Positions 7,301-14,786 are shown, counted from the stretch's first letter. The stretch is 18,332 nucleotides of DNA from Acidobacteriota bacterium (GCA_049967655.1 JBMFSH010000043.1:1-18332); one strand, 5' to 3'. Notes: generated by a model from the letters alone, not told the origin. Translations and numbers: made by a program.

Positions 7301-9442
7301 CTACGCTTTGCGGATCCGGACGGTGGTTCGCTGGAGGTCCGGTAGGCGCGAGGACGCATCCAGCGTGTCCTGAACGATGGAGAGCGGGTCGGCCATGAGG
7401 CCGCGGGCGAAGCGGTTCCGAGAGGGGCCGCTGACGGCCATGGCGGCCACGCCGGGGCGGAGCCCCCTGAAGACGCGGGCCTTGGCGCGGATCTCGCCCT
7501 TCGGCCCCTGCACGACCACGGCGTCCCCCTCCGCGACGCCCATGCCGGCGGCATCCGTCGGGCTCAGTTCCACAAAGGCGCCCCAGAGCTCCCGCCCCAG
7601 GGGATCGGCCGCCTCCAGGAGGAAGGGCAGTGAACTACCGTTGGCGCCGGCGAAGGCCATGGGTTCGTAGAGGTAGAGGGAGAGGGTGCCATCGCTCTCC
7701 GCCCCATTGCTCGCGGGAGACGGCGCGCCCTGCACCGCGGCAAGGTTCCACCGTTCCGGCTGGGCGGGCCGGGCGGGCTTGGGCATCCAGAGGCCGCCCG
7801 CCTTCCTGGCGCTGGAGAGCGCCGCGGCGGGGTTCGGTGGGGCCGCTTCGCCGGCCTCGCTCCCGGGCAGAGTGGTGAAGCCCTCCGCCAGGAGCGTGCC
7901 GGCCCAGCCCTGGAAGGCCCTCTCGCGATCGGCGCCGGGGGCCGCGTCCAGGCTCTGACCCGTTTCGCCGGCCAGGGCGAGCGCCAATTCGGCCGGGGAG
8001 AGGGCCTCGGGAGGCGCCGCCAGCACGGGCTCGGCGTAAGCCCAGAGGAGCCCGCCCTCCGGGGCGGCAACGAGGTCGTCCTGGAAGGACTCGAAGGGAT
8101 GCGCCGCCGGCAGCACGAGGCGGACCGCCTCCGTCGTTGGCGAAGCCTCCAGGGAGAGGCAGGCGGAGAAGGGGAGGCTTTTCAGGAGGGAGCGCCACGC
8201 CTCGGGCCGCGTGGAGCGTCCCAGCGGATCGTCGTTTACGATCAGGACGCAGCGCAGGGAGCCCGAGTGAGCGGTCAGGGTGTCCAGCACGGCGTCGTCC
8301 GAGAGCGGCGAGGCTGGGAGGGTGGAGGCCGCGGCGGCGACCGGGTGAGTCGGTGCACCCGGCTGGCCGAGGAGGAGGTTCAGGGCCAACACCGCCGCGG
8401 CCTCCTGGGGGGTGGACCACGGGAGGCTCACGCTTCCGCCGCCGGCCACGGCCGAAGGCCGGTGGGCGGCGAGGTCGCGGGCAAGGGCTTCGATGGTGGC
8501 GGCGGGGACGCCGCAAATGGGGCTCGCCTTCTCGGGAGCGTAGCCGGCGAGGACCATCTTGGAGAAGGCGTCGTACCCGTCGGCGCGCTGCTTGACGGCG
8601 GCCTCGTTCACGGCGCCCTGCCGGATCAGAGCCGCCGCCAGGGCCAGGGCGAGAACCCCGTAGCTGCCGGGCGCGCAGGGAATCCACTCGTCGCTCTTCA
8701 TGGCCGTGACCGAGAAGCGGGGCTCCACCTGGACGAGGCGCCCCCGCACCTCCTGGCCCTGGCGGAAGTGCCCGTAGGCGCGCATGAGGGGGGCCGGAGA
8801 CGCGCTCGCCTCCAGCAGGGGCGCGCCCAGGGAGAGCACGTAGGCGCAGTGGGCGAGATCCAGCGTGGTGGCGGCGGGACGGCCGGTCAGCAGGCCGTGG
8901 GCCTGGACCACGTCGAGAGATTCCTGGCGGAAGGCGACGGGATCGGCCTTGAGGCCCTGCCCGAGGGACTGCCAGAGCGTCCTCGTGAGGCCGCGCTCGG
9001 TGCCCGACAGGATGGCCACGCCGCCCGGGGCGGAGGAGGCCTCGCGCATCTTCCGGGCGAGGAGGCGGACGGCGTCTCCCTTCTTCATGGAGCGCCCCTC
9101 GAAGGCGGCCCCGAGCAGCCGGTCGGGGTGGTAGAGCCGCTGGAGGGAGGCCATCCCCTTCATGCAGAGCGAGTCGCCGTTGGTGGGAAAGCGCGGGTTG
9201 CCCTTCAGCCCCACCACCCGGCCGTCCACGCGGCGCGCGATGACGCCGCACGAAGCGGGACACTCGCGGCAGAGCGTGGGATGGAAGGTGGAGATGCCGC
9301 TGGGGCGCAGGAAGGCGGCCGGATCGGGCTTGCCCTGAAGGCCCAGGAGCCCCTTCACGGGCCGCGAGCAGCTCGCCAGGGCCGCGGCGGCGGCGCCGCC
9401 CGCCACGCTGAGCTGGATGAACTCCCTTCTCTTGATGGCCAT
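7301..9442 (-). CDS. Tat-exported lipoprotein with molybdopterin-oxidoreductase fold (QrcB/ActB1-like, 713 aa)
   Basis: Twin-arginine KRREFIQ, lipobox LASC, N-terminal CRECPASC-x27-CMKG, LYHPDRL, VQVEPRFSVTAMKSDEWIP, VLPAAHPFES, and C-terminal VELSPTDAAGMGVAEGDAVVV...GLRPGV (molybdopterin dinucleotide-binding-domain-like). Confidence 0.88.
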   Translation of the reverse strand: MAIKRREFIQLSVAGGAAAAALASCSRPVKGLLGLQGKPDPAAFLRPSGISTFHPTLCRECPASCGVIARRVDGRVVGLKGNPRFPTNGDSLCMKGMASLQRLYHPDRLLGAAFEGRSMKKGDAVRLLARKMREASSAPGGVAILSGTERGLTRTLWQSLGQGLKADPVAFRQESLDVVQAHGLLTGRPAATTLDLAHCAYVLSLGAPLLEASASPAPLMRAYGHFRQGQEVRGRLVQVEPRFSVTAMKSDEWIPCAPGSYGVLALALAAALIRQGAVNEAAVKQRADGYDAFSKMVLAGYAPEKASPICGVPAATIEALARDLAAHRPSAVAGGGSVSLPWSTPQEAAAVLALNLLLGQPGAPTHPVAAAASTLPASPLSDDAVLDTLTAHSGSLRCVLIVNDDPLGRSTRPEAWRSLLKSLPFSACLSLEASPTTEAVRLVLPAAHPFESFQDDLVAAPEGGLLWAYAEPVLAAPPEALSPAELALALAGETGQSLDAAPGADRERAFQGWAGTLLAEGFTTLPGSEAGEAAPPNPAAALSSARKAGGLWMPKPARPAQPERWNLAAVQGAPSPASNGAESDGTLSLYLYEPMAFAGANGSSLPFLLEAADPLGRELWGAFVELSPTDAAGMGVAEGDAVVVQGPKGEIRAKARVFRGLRPGVAAMAVSGPSRNRFARGLMADPLSIVQDTLDASSRLPDLQRTTVRIRKA

Positions 9443-9461
9443 GGTCTCTCGGGCTCCTTCC

Positions 9462-9953
9462 CTAGCGGTGACAGGCGTCGCAGTCCGTGGCCGCGTGCAT
9501 CTTCCGGTGGCAGGCGATGCATCGGGTCATGGAGATGGGCAGAAGGGGGGCCGTCAGGGCGCTGGTCTGCCGCTCCATGGGTCCGTGGCACTGCTGGCAG
9601 CGGAGCTGGCCCAGCTCCGTGTGCCGCCGGTGGGAGAAATAGACGTAGTCGGGCAGGTGCGTCACCCTCACCCACGGGACCTCGCCGTCCTTCTTGAAGA
9701 AGGCCTGGATGGGCCGGAAGATCGCCCGGGTGCTGTCGGCGTGGCAGTTCATGCAGATGCGGGTGTGCGGCAGCGTCGCGTGGACCTCGGTGAGGGCGCC
9801 GTTGTGGCAGGCCACGCAGGGCATGTTCAGGTCGTGGACGTGCTTGTAGTGGTTGAAGGCGGCGGGCTGGACCACGTGCGGCACCATGATCGCGTAGGCC
9901 ACCACCCCGGCCGAGACCAGCACGAAGAGCGTGAAAACGATTCTCTGCCACAC
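9462..9953 (-). CDS. actA: Membrane-anchored pentaheme cytochrome c (ActA/QrcA-like, about 163 aa)
   Basis: One TM helix, QPAAFNHYKH, five CxxCH (CVACH, CMNCH, CQQCH, CIACH, CDACH), and the ActA/QrcA-type WVRVTHLPDYVYFSHRRH. GTG 9953 follows SD GGAGGT at 8 nt; the ORF-track TTG 9986 is an alternative start. Confidence 0.9.
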   Translation of the reverse strand: MWQRIVFTLFVLVSAGVVAYAIMVPHVVQPAAFNHYKHVHDLNMPCVACHNGALTEVHATLPHTRICMNCHADSTRAIFRPIQAFFKKDGEVPWVRVTHLPDYVYFSHRRHTELGQLRCQQCHGPMERQTSALTAPLLPISMTRCIACHRKMHAATDCDACHR

Positions 9954-10010
9954 GGGGAACCACCTCCGGCCCGGTCCTCCGGGCAAGCGGCAAACCCTTT
10001 GCGCCCGGAC

Positions 10011-10898
10011 CTAGCGAACGGGGGTCTCGGGCTTCGGCTCCTGCTCCGCCGCGAACTCCTTGGCCAGGGAGGTGAGGCCCGCCATGGCTCCCAGCCCCAT
10101 GGTTTCGACGGCGGTCGATGGGACGATCACCACGGTGGAGTTCTGCCGCATGCCCTCGAGCAGGATGTTCATGGCCCGCAGGTGGAGCGCGACGGGGTTC
10201 CGGATGTAGGAGGAGGCGGCCTCGGAAAACTTATCGGCCACCTGGCGCTCCGAGTCGCCCAGGATCACGCGGGCCTGCCGCTCCCGCTCGGCCTGCGCCT
10301 GCATGGACATGGCGTCCTGGAGGCCCGAGGGGATTTTCACGTCCCGCAGCTCCACCGTCACCACGTGGAGGCCCCAGACCGAGGTGCGCTCCTCGATAAT
10401 GTCCCTGAGCAGGGCATCGATGTGCTGGCGTCCGGTCAGCATCTCCGAGAGGTCGGTCCGGCCGATCACGTCCCTCAGCGCCGTCTGGGCGGCCCACGCC
10501 ACGGCCTCGCGGTAGTCCTCGACCTCGAGGGCGGCCTTCATGGGGTCCACCACTTTCCAGAAGAGGACGGCGTCCACGTCCACGGGGACGCTGTCCTGCG
10601 TCAGCGTCTCCTCGGCGGTGAAGGGGGTGGTGATGGTCCGCAGGTCCATCCAGTAGGGGATGGAATCCACGACGGGAATGATGCCGAAGAGCCCGGGGCC
10701 CTTGAGGCCCTTGAACTTGCCCAGGCGGAGCACGACGGCGCGCTCCCACTGCTTGCCCACGCGCACGGCCAGCAGGAAGAGGATGGCCACGACGGCGCCG
10801 GCCACCGCCACGAGCGGGAACTTGAGCGCCGCGGCCACGATGAAGCCGGCCACCAGGAAAATCGCCGCGATCAGGATGGTAATGGGATGCAAGCCCAT
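10011..10898 (-). CDS. SPFH/band-7 (stomatin-like) membrane protein (295 aa)
   Basis: N-terminal hydrophobic hairpin, WERAVVLRLGK...GPGLFGIIPVVD, LTQDSVPVDVDAVLFWKVVDP, AQTALRDVIG, MQAQAERERQARVILG. ATG 10898 with SD GGAGGG. Confidence 0.93.
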   Translation of the reverse strand: MGLHPITILIAAIFLVAGFIVAAALKFPLVAVAGAVVAILFLLAVRVGKQWERAVVLRLGKFKGLKGPGLFGIIPVVDSIPYWMDLRTITTPFTAEETLTQDSVPVDVDAVLFWKVVDPMKAALEVEDYREAVAWAAQTALRDVIGRTDLSEMLTGRQHIDALLRDIIEERTSVWGLHVVTVELRDVKIPSGLQDAMSMQAQAERERQARVILGDSERQVADKFSEAASSYIRNPVALHLRAMNILLEGMRQNSTVVIVPSTAVETMGLGAMAGLTSLAKEFAAEQEPKPETPVR

Positions 10899-10924
10899 GC
10901 GAGTCCCCTCCACAGTTCGGGGTG

Positions 10925-11491
10925 CTACCACGCCTCGCCCGGCTTCTCCGGGGGAAGCAGGCTGTCCAGATAAGCCACCAGGTCATCCTTCTGCCGCCGG
11001 GTGAGGCGATCCTTGAAGGGCGGCATGTGCAACGGGGGAGCGGGTCCATTGGGGTTGAGCCTGTCGATGATCGGGGCGCCGGCGTCGATCTTGTCGATGA
11101 GTTCGGACCTGGAGTAGTCGCTGCCCACGTGGATCAGCGCGGGCACCTGCTGGCCCGTCTTGGCGTTCGCGTTGCGGACCTTGCCCTGGCCTTCGATGCC
11201 GTGGCATCCCGCGCAGCCGTAGCCGTAGTAGATGCGACGGCCGGCCTCCACTTCAGCGGTGCCGGGCTTGATCTGGGGCCAGACGGCACTCTTACCGAGG
11301 AGCGGGTGACGGCCCTCGCGGGAGTAGCTCAAGCCGGGGTTCCAGCGGATGGCGTTGATGGCCAGCACGCTGTAGAAGGAGAGAAGACCCACAACGGGCA
11401 GCGCCAGCAGGATGGCCAGCCGCCTCGCCGGTTTGTCGACCTCCCCGGGGGTGACCTTCCCCCGGGGAGTGCAGATGGTCTTCTTCGACAT
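10925..11491 (-). CDS. Membrane-anchored monoheme cytochrome c (188 aa)
   Basis: Basic N-terminus plus TM helix (LAILLALPVVGLLSFYSVLAI), GRRIYYGYGCAGCHG, axial Met in HMPPF, C-terminal LVAYLDSL helix. Confidence 0.88.
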   Translation of the reverse strand: MSKKTICTPRGKVTPGEVDKPARRLAILLALPVVGLLSFYSVLAINAIRWNPGLSYSREGRHPLLGKSAVWPQIKPGTAEVEAGRRIYYGYGCAGCHGIEGQGKVRNANAKTGQQVPALIHVGSDYSRSELIDKIDAGAPIIDRLNPNGPAPPLHMPPFKDRLTRRQKDDLVAYLDSLLPPEKPGEAW

Positions 11492-11497
11492 GGATCC

Positions 11498-11923
11498 CTA
11501 CTGCCCCTTCTCCATCTGCTGGATCTGCTCGTCCGACAGGGCCGGGTAGAACTCCTTGGGGTTCTTGTCCTTGCGGTTCTCTTGGTCGTAGACGAGGAAC
11601 TCGAAGATCTTCTTGCCCTGGTCCGGGGAGATCCCGGAGTTGGGCTTGTGCATCATCCGCTTGACGTAGCGCTCCCAAGCGTCGCGGCTCATGGAGGTGT
11701 TGAGAGGGCGCGCCAGGGTGTGGCACTGGTTGCACTTCTCGCGGAAGATCTTGTAATCCTTCTGAATGTCCTTGGGGTAGCCCGAGACGTTGAGCTTGTC
11801 CGGCCCCTTGTCCTGGGGCAGCGCGGGCCCGCCCACCTGGGCCAGCAGGGCCAGGGACAGGGTGGCGCCGGCGGCCAGGGCGCTGAAGGCGGCGAGCGAC
11901 AGCATCCGTCGTTTCTGGATCAT
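11498..11923 (-). CDS. Small periplasmic monoheme cytochrome c (about 141 aa)
   Basis: Signal or anchor peptide, FREKCNQCHTLARP, WERYVKRMM (likely axial Met), KKIFEFLVY. SD GAGGAG lies 8 nt before ATG 11923; GTG 11929 is an alternative start. Confidence 0.85.
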   Translation of the reverse strand: MIQKRRMLSLAAFSALAAGATLSLALLAQVGGPALPQDKGPDKLNVSGYPKDIQKDYKIFREKCNQCHTLARPLNTSMSRDAWERYVKRMMHKPNSGISPDQGKKIFEFLVYDQENRKDKNPKEFYPALSDEQIQQMEKGQ

Positions 11924-11951
11924 GGTCACATCTCCTCGGGGACGAAGCCCC

Positions 11952-13250
11952 TTACCACGCGAGGTCCAGGCCGATCTTCGCCTGTTTGTCCTCGTTGTAG
12001 GCCCCCGTGATGTCGTTGCCCTTGGCGTCGATGAACTGGGCGTAGAGCTTGACGTTCCCGAGTCGGTCCACGGTCTTGATGACGCCGGCCATCCAGGTGG
12101 TGTTGTTGGAGGCGTAGAGGCCGAAGTCGGGCTGGTCGTAGTTGGACTTGTCGTAGCGGCCGTAGACCACCAAGCCCTGCGCGATGTAGTAGTCCGCCTC
12201 GCCGAAGTAGGCCTTTGTGTTGAAGGTGTTCACGGGGCCGTTGAAGGTGCTCTGCCAGTCCTCGCGGCCGCCCATATACCCCCCGAGCACGTCCAGGTGG
12301 TCGAAGAACTTGTAGTGGCCGAAGAGGCCCCACCGCTTGGCTGTGGGGACGTAGGTGAACTGCTGCGGCGTGCCCGCGTTCTGGATGGTGTCCTTGCGGC
12401 CGTTGTAATACATGGCCGAGACGCTGCCGTTGTCGCCGATCAGGAAGTCGGCGTCGAACATCACGTCCTTGTGGTTGTAAGTGCTCCCGTTGCCGATGCC
12501 GTTGCCGTTCACGTCCAGGCCGTTGGCCACCTTGGCGGTGAGGCCAACCACGTACTTGTAGTCGGGGCTCATGAAGGTGTAGCCCCCCTCCACCATGCCC
12601 GTGCTCTGGGCGAGGTAGATGCCGTTGGGAGAGGAGGAGCCGAAGCCCAGGGCGCTGTCGTCGTCCGTGAGGCCGTAGAGGTCGGCGGCGGAGTAGCCCT
12701 CCACGAGGTGCGACTTGCCCAGCCCCACGAAGTAGGAGTTGCGGACCGTGCCGCCGGTCCAGTCGAACTTGGCGCGCTCCATGTCGGAGGTGCCGCCGTC
12801 CTGGTAGGCCACGTACTCGCCGAAGTAGGAGAAGCCGCCCGACTCGGGAATGGAGCCTCCGAAGAGGATGGAGACCTGGTCCAGGTTGGCGCTGGAGGCG
12901 CTCGTGCGGGGGCTGCCCGTGGCCGTGGTGGTGTCGTGGGAGACCGAGGTGCGCATGTAGACGGCGGCCGCGTCGGTGAGCTTCCAAGGGATGTTTTCGT
13001 CAAGGCTCGCCACCTTCTTGGGGGGCTTATGCGTGTCGATGTCAGGCGGCATGCGGTAGCCGAGGCGCTTGAACTCGTAGCCGAACTTGGTCAGGCGGGG
13101 AAAGACCGTGTGGCAGGTGAAGCAGGAGATGTGGTACTTGCGGGCGAAGGCGGGGATCGCTTTGGGGCTCGGCGCCAGGATGGCGAATGCCGCCACCGCC
13201 GCGAAGCCCACGCCCACCCACCTGGTCCAACGCTGAGGCTTGTTCTCCAT
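11952..13250 (-). CDS. cyc2: Cyc2-like outer-membrane cytochrome c-porin fusion (432 aa)
   Basis: ATG 13250 with SD GGAGAAGGA. Signal peptide followed directly by IPAFARKYHISCFTCHTVFPRLTKFGYEFKRLGY, the Cyc2/Cyt572-type P-x-FAR-x5-CxxCH-x3-P-x-L-xx-FG-xx-F-xxx-GY motif. The remainder is amphipathic, aromatic-rich beta-strands ending in a barrel-type C-terminus AKIGLDLAW. Confidence 0.85.
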   Translation of the reverse strand: MENKPQRWTRWVGVGFAAVAAFAILAPSPKAIPAFARKYHISCFTCHTVFPRLTKFGYEFKRLGYRMPPDIDTHKPPKKVASLDENIPWKLTDAAAVYMRTSVSHDTTTATGSPRTSASSANLDQVSILFGGSIPESGGFSYFGEYVAYQDGGTSDMERAKFDWTGGTVRNSYFVGLGKSHLVEGYSAADLYGLTDDDSALGFGSSSPNGIYLAQSTGMVEGGYTFMSPDYKYVVGLTAKVANGLDVNGNGIGNGSTYNHKDVMFDADFLIGDNGSVSAMYYNGRKDTIQNAGTPQQFTYVPTAKRWGLFGHYKFFDHLDVLGGYMGGREDWQSTFNGPVNTFNTKAYFGEADYYIAQGLVVYGRYDKSNYDQPDFGLYASNNTTWMAGVIKTVDRLGNVKLYAQFIDAKGNDITGAYNEDKQAKIGLDLAW

Positions 13251-13283
13251 GGTACGTCCTTCTCCAAAGTGAGGCGCCTTCCC

Positions 13284-13300
13284 TGCACTCGGTGTGCCAA
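13284..13300 (-). promoter_or_regulatory. Sigma-54 (-24/-12) promoter of the redox operon
   Basis: Minus strand TTGGCACACCGAGTGCA: TGGCAC, with GG-N10-GC spacing exact. It lies about 35 nt upstream of the cyc2-like ATG and directly downstream of a GAFTGA-containing activator gene. Confidence 0.85.
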
Positions 13301-13361
13301 AACCGCAAAGGCCCGGGAATGGGCATTTGAGCGGGAGCCAGAAAGGGAGTTGGGGAGAAAA

Positions 13362-13425
13362 TGGGGCAGCGTCCCCACCGAAGCCCGCAGCCACCGGGTT
13401 GGAGGGGCGTGGAATTCATTCCCCA
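13362..13425. promoter_or_regulatory. Candidate upstream activator (enhancer) sites for the sigma-54 activator
   Basis: Palindrome TGGGG-N6-CCCCA at 13362-13377 and degenerate copy TGGAA-N6-CCCCA at 13410-13425, centred about 96 and 144 bp upstream of the predicted +1. Confidence 0.45.
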
Positions 13426-14786
13426 GGGCGGGAACTGCGTTCATCCCCCAGCATGGCGTAGAAGGTCTTCCGGTCCACCCCGGCCTCGCGGGCGGCGGCA
13501 CTCACGTTGCCCTCGTTGCGGTTCAGGAGCCTTTGGGCATAGGCGCGCTGGAAGCTCCCGAGGTACTTCTCACGGGCCTCCCTCCAGCCCAAGCGGCTGA
13601 GGTCCTCCGCGGAGCCGCGGGCCAGCCCCTCCTCCCTCTCCAGGTCCGAGGCCTCGATCTGCTTACCGGTGCAGAGCACCAACAGCCGCTCGATGGTGTT
13701 CTTCAGCTCCCTCACGTTGCCCTTCCAGGGGCGCTGGAGGAGGGCCTCGTAGAAGGCCGGCGAGGCACTGACCTCCTTGCCGTACTGCCGGGTGAAGCGC
13801 TGGATGAAGAAGCGGGCCAGGGCGGCGACGTCCTCGGGGCGCTGACGCAAAGGAGGCAGCTTGAGGGTCACCACGGCGAGGCGGTAGAAGAGCTCCTCGC
13901 GGAAGGCGCCCTCGGCGATCTTGGCCTGCAGGTCCTGGTTGGTGGCGCAGAGGATCCGGCAGTCCACGCGGATGGGCTCCACGGCGCCCACCCTGCGGAT
14001 CTCCCGCTCCTCGACGAAGCGGAAGAGCTTGGTCTGAAAATCCACCGGCAGGTCGCCGATCTCGTCCAGGAAGAGGGTCCCGCCCTGGGCCGCCTCGATG
14101 AGCCCGCGCTTGGGGGCCAGCGCGCCCGTGAAGGCCCCTTTCTCGTGACCGAACAGCTCGCTCTCGACGAGGGAGGCGGGAAGGGCCGTGCAGTCGATGG
14201 GGACGAAGGGGGCGCCCCGGCGCGCGCTCTGAGAGTGGATCCAGCGGGCCATCACCTCCTTGCCCGTGCCGCTCTCCCCCAGGATGAGGATGGTGGCATC
14301 GGTGGCCGCCGCCTGCCTGGCCTTGGCGATCTCGGCCTGCATGAGGGCGCTGTGGCTCTGGCAGGCGTCGGCCTCTCCGAGCTCCTCGAGGCGGCCCCGC
14401 AGGGACTCGACCTCCCGCTCCATGTCCCGCCGTTCGAGGGCGCGGCGGACGGCGAGGAGGAGGTCCTCCCGCTTGAAGGGCTTGCGCAGGTAGTCGAAGG
14501 CGCCGCTGCGCATGGCCAGGACGGCCCCCTCGATGGAGCCGTAGGCCGTCAGGAAGACCACCGGCACCTCGGGATGCGCCTCGTGGAGCTTGGCGAAGAG
14601 CTCCTCGCCCCGCATGCCCGGCATGCGGATGTCCAGAAGCAGGGCGTCCGGCGGGCGTTCGAGGAGGTGGGCGAGGCCCTCGCGCGGATCGGTGAAGGGC
14701 TCCACGGTGACACCGGGCAGGCGCAGCAGGCGCCGGATGTTCTCGCAAAGTTCGGGTTCGTCGTCGATGACCACCACTCGGCTCAC
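13416..14786 (-). CDS. NtrC-family sigma-54-dependent response regulator (REC-AAA+-Fis HTH, 456 aa)
   Basis: VVVIDDE, LLLDIRMPG (phospho-Asp), GESGTGKE, ESELFGHEKGAFTGA, LFLDEIG, WKGNVREL, C-terminal HTH NVSAAAREAGVDRKTFY. GTG start overlaps the kinase stop (GTGA). Confidence 0.96.
   Translation of the reverse strand: MSRVVVIDDEPELCENIRRLLRLPGVTVEPFTDPREGLAHLLERPPDALLLDIRMPGMRGEELFAKLHEAHPEVPVVFLTAYGSIEGAVLAMRSGAFDYLRKPFKREDLLLAVRRALERRDMEREVESLRGRLEELGEADACQSHSALMQAEIAKARQAAATDATILILGESGTGKEVMARWIHSQSARRGAPFVPIDCTALPASLVESELFGHEKGAFTGALAPKRGLIEAAQGGTLFLDEIGDLPVDFQTKLFRFVEEREIRRVGAVEPIRVDCRILCATNQDLQAKIAEGAFREELFYRLAVVTLKLPPLRQRPEDVAALARFFIQRFTRQYGKEVSASPAFYEALLQRPWKGNVRELKNTIERLLVLCTGKQIEASDLEREEGLARGSAEDLSRLGWREAREKYLGSFQRAYAQRLLNRNEGNVSAAAREAGVDRKTFYAMLGDERSSRPGE

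Noticed and set aside
7301..9442. Calling the B1 subunit a catalytic polysulfide, formate or nitrate reductase
   Set aside because: No evident Mo-ligand motif, degenerate C-terminal half, and pairing with an ActA/QrcA pentaheme favour a non-catalytic Qrc/Act-type subunit.
11890..11923. KRRML in the small cytochrome as a Tat signal
   Set aside because: Lacks the RRxFL consensus, and c-type cytochromes are normally Sec-exported.
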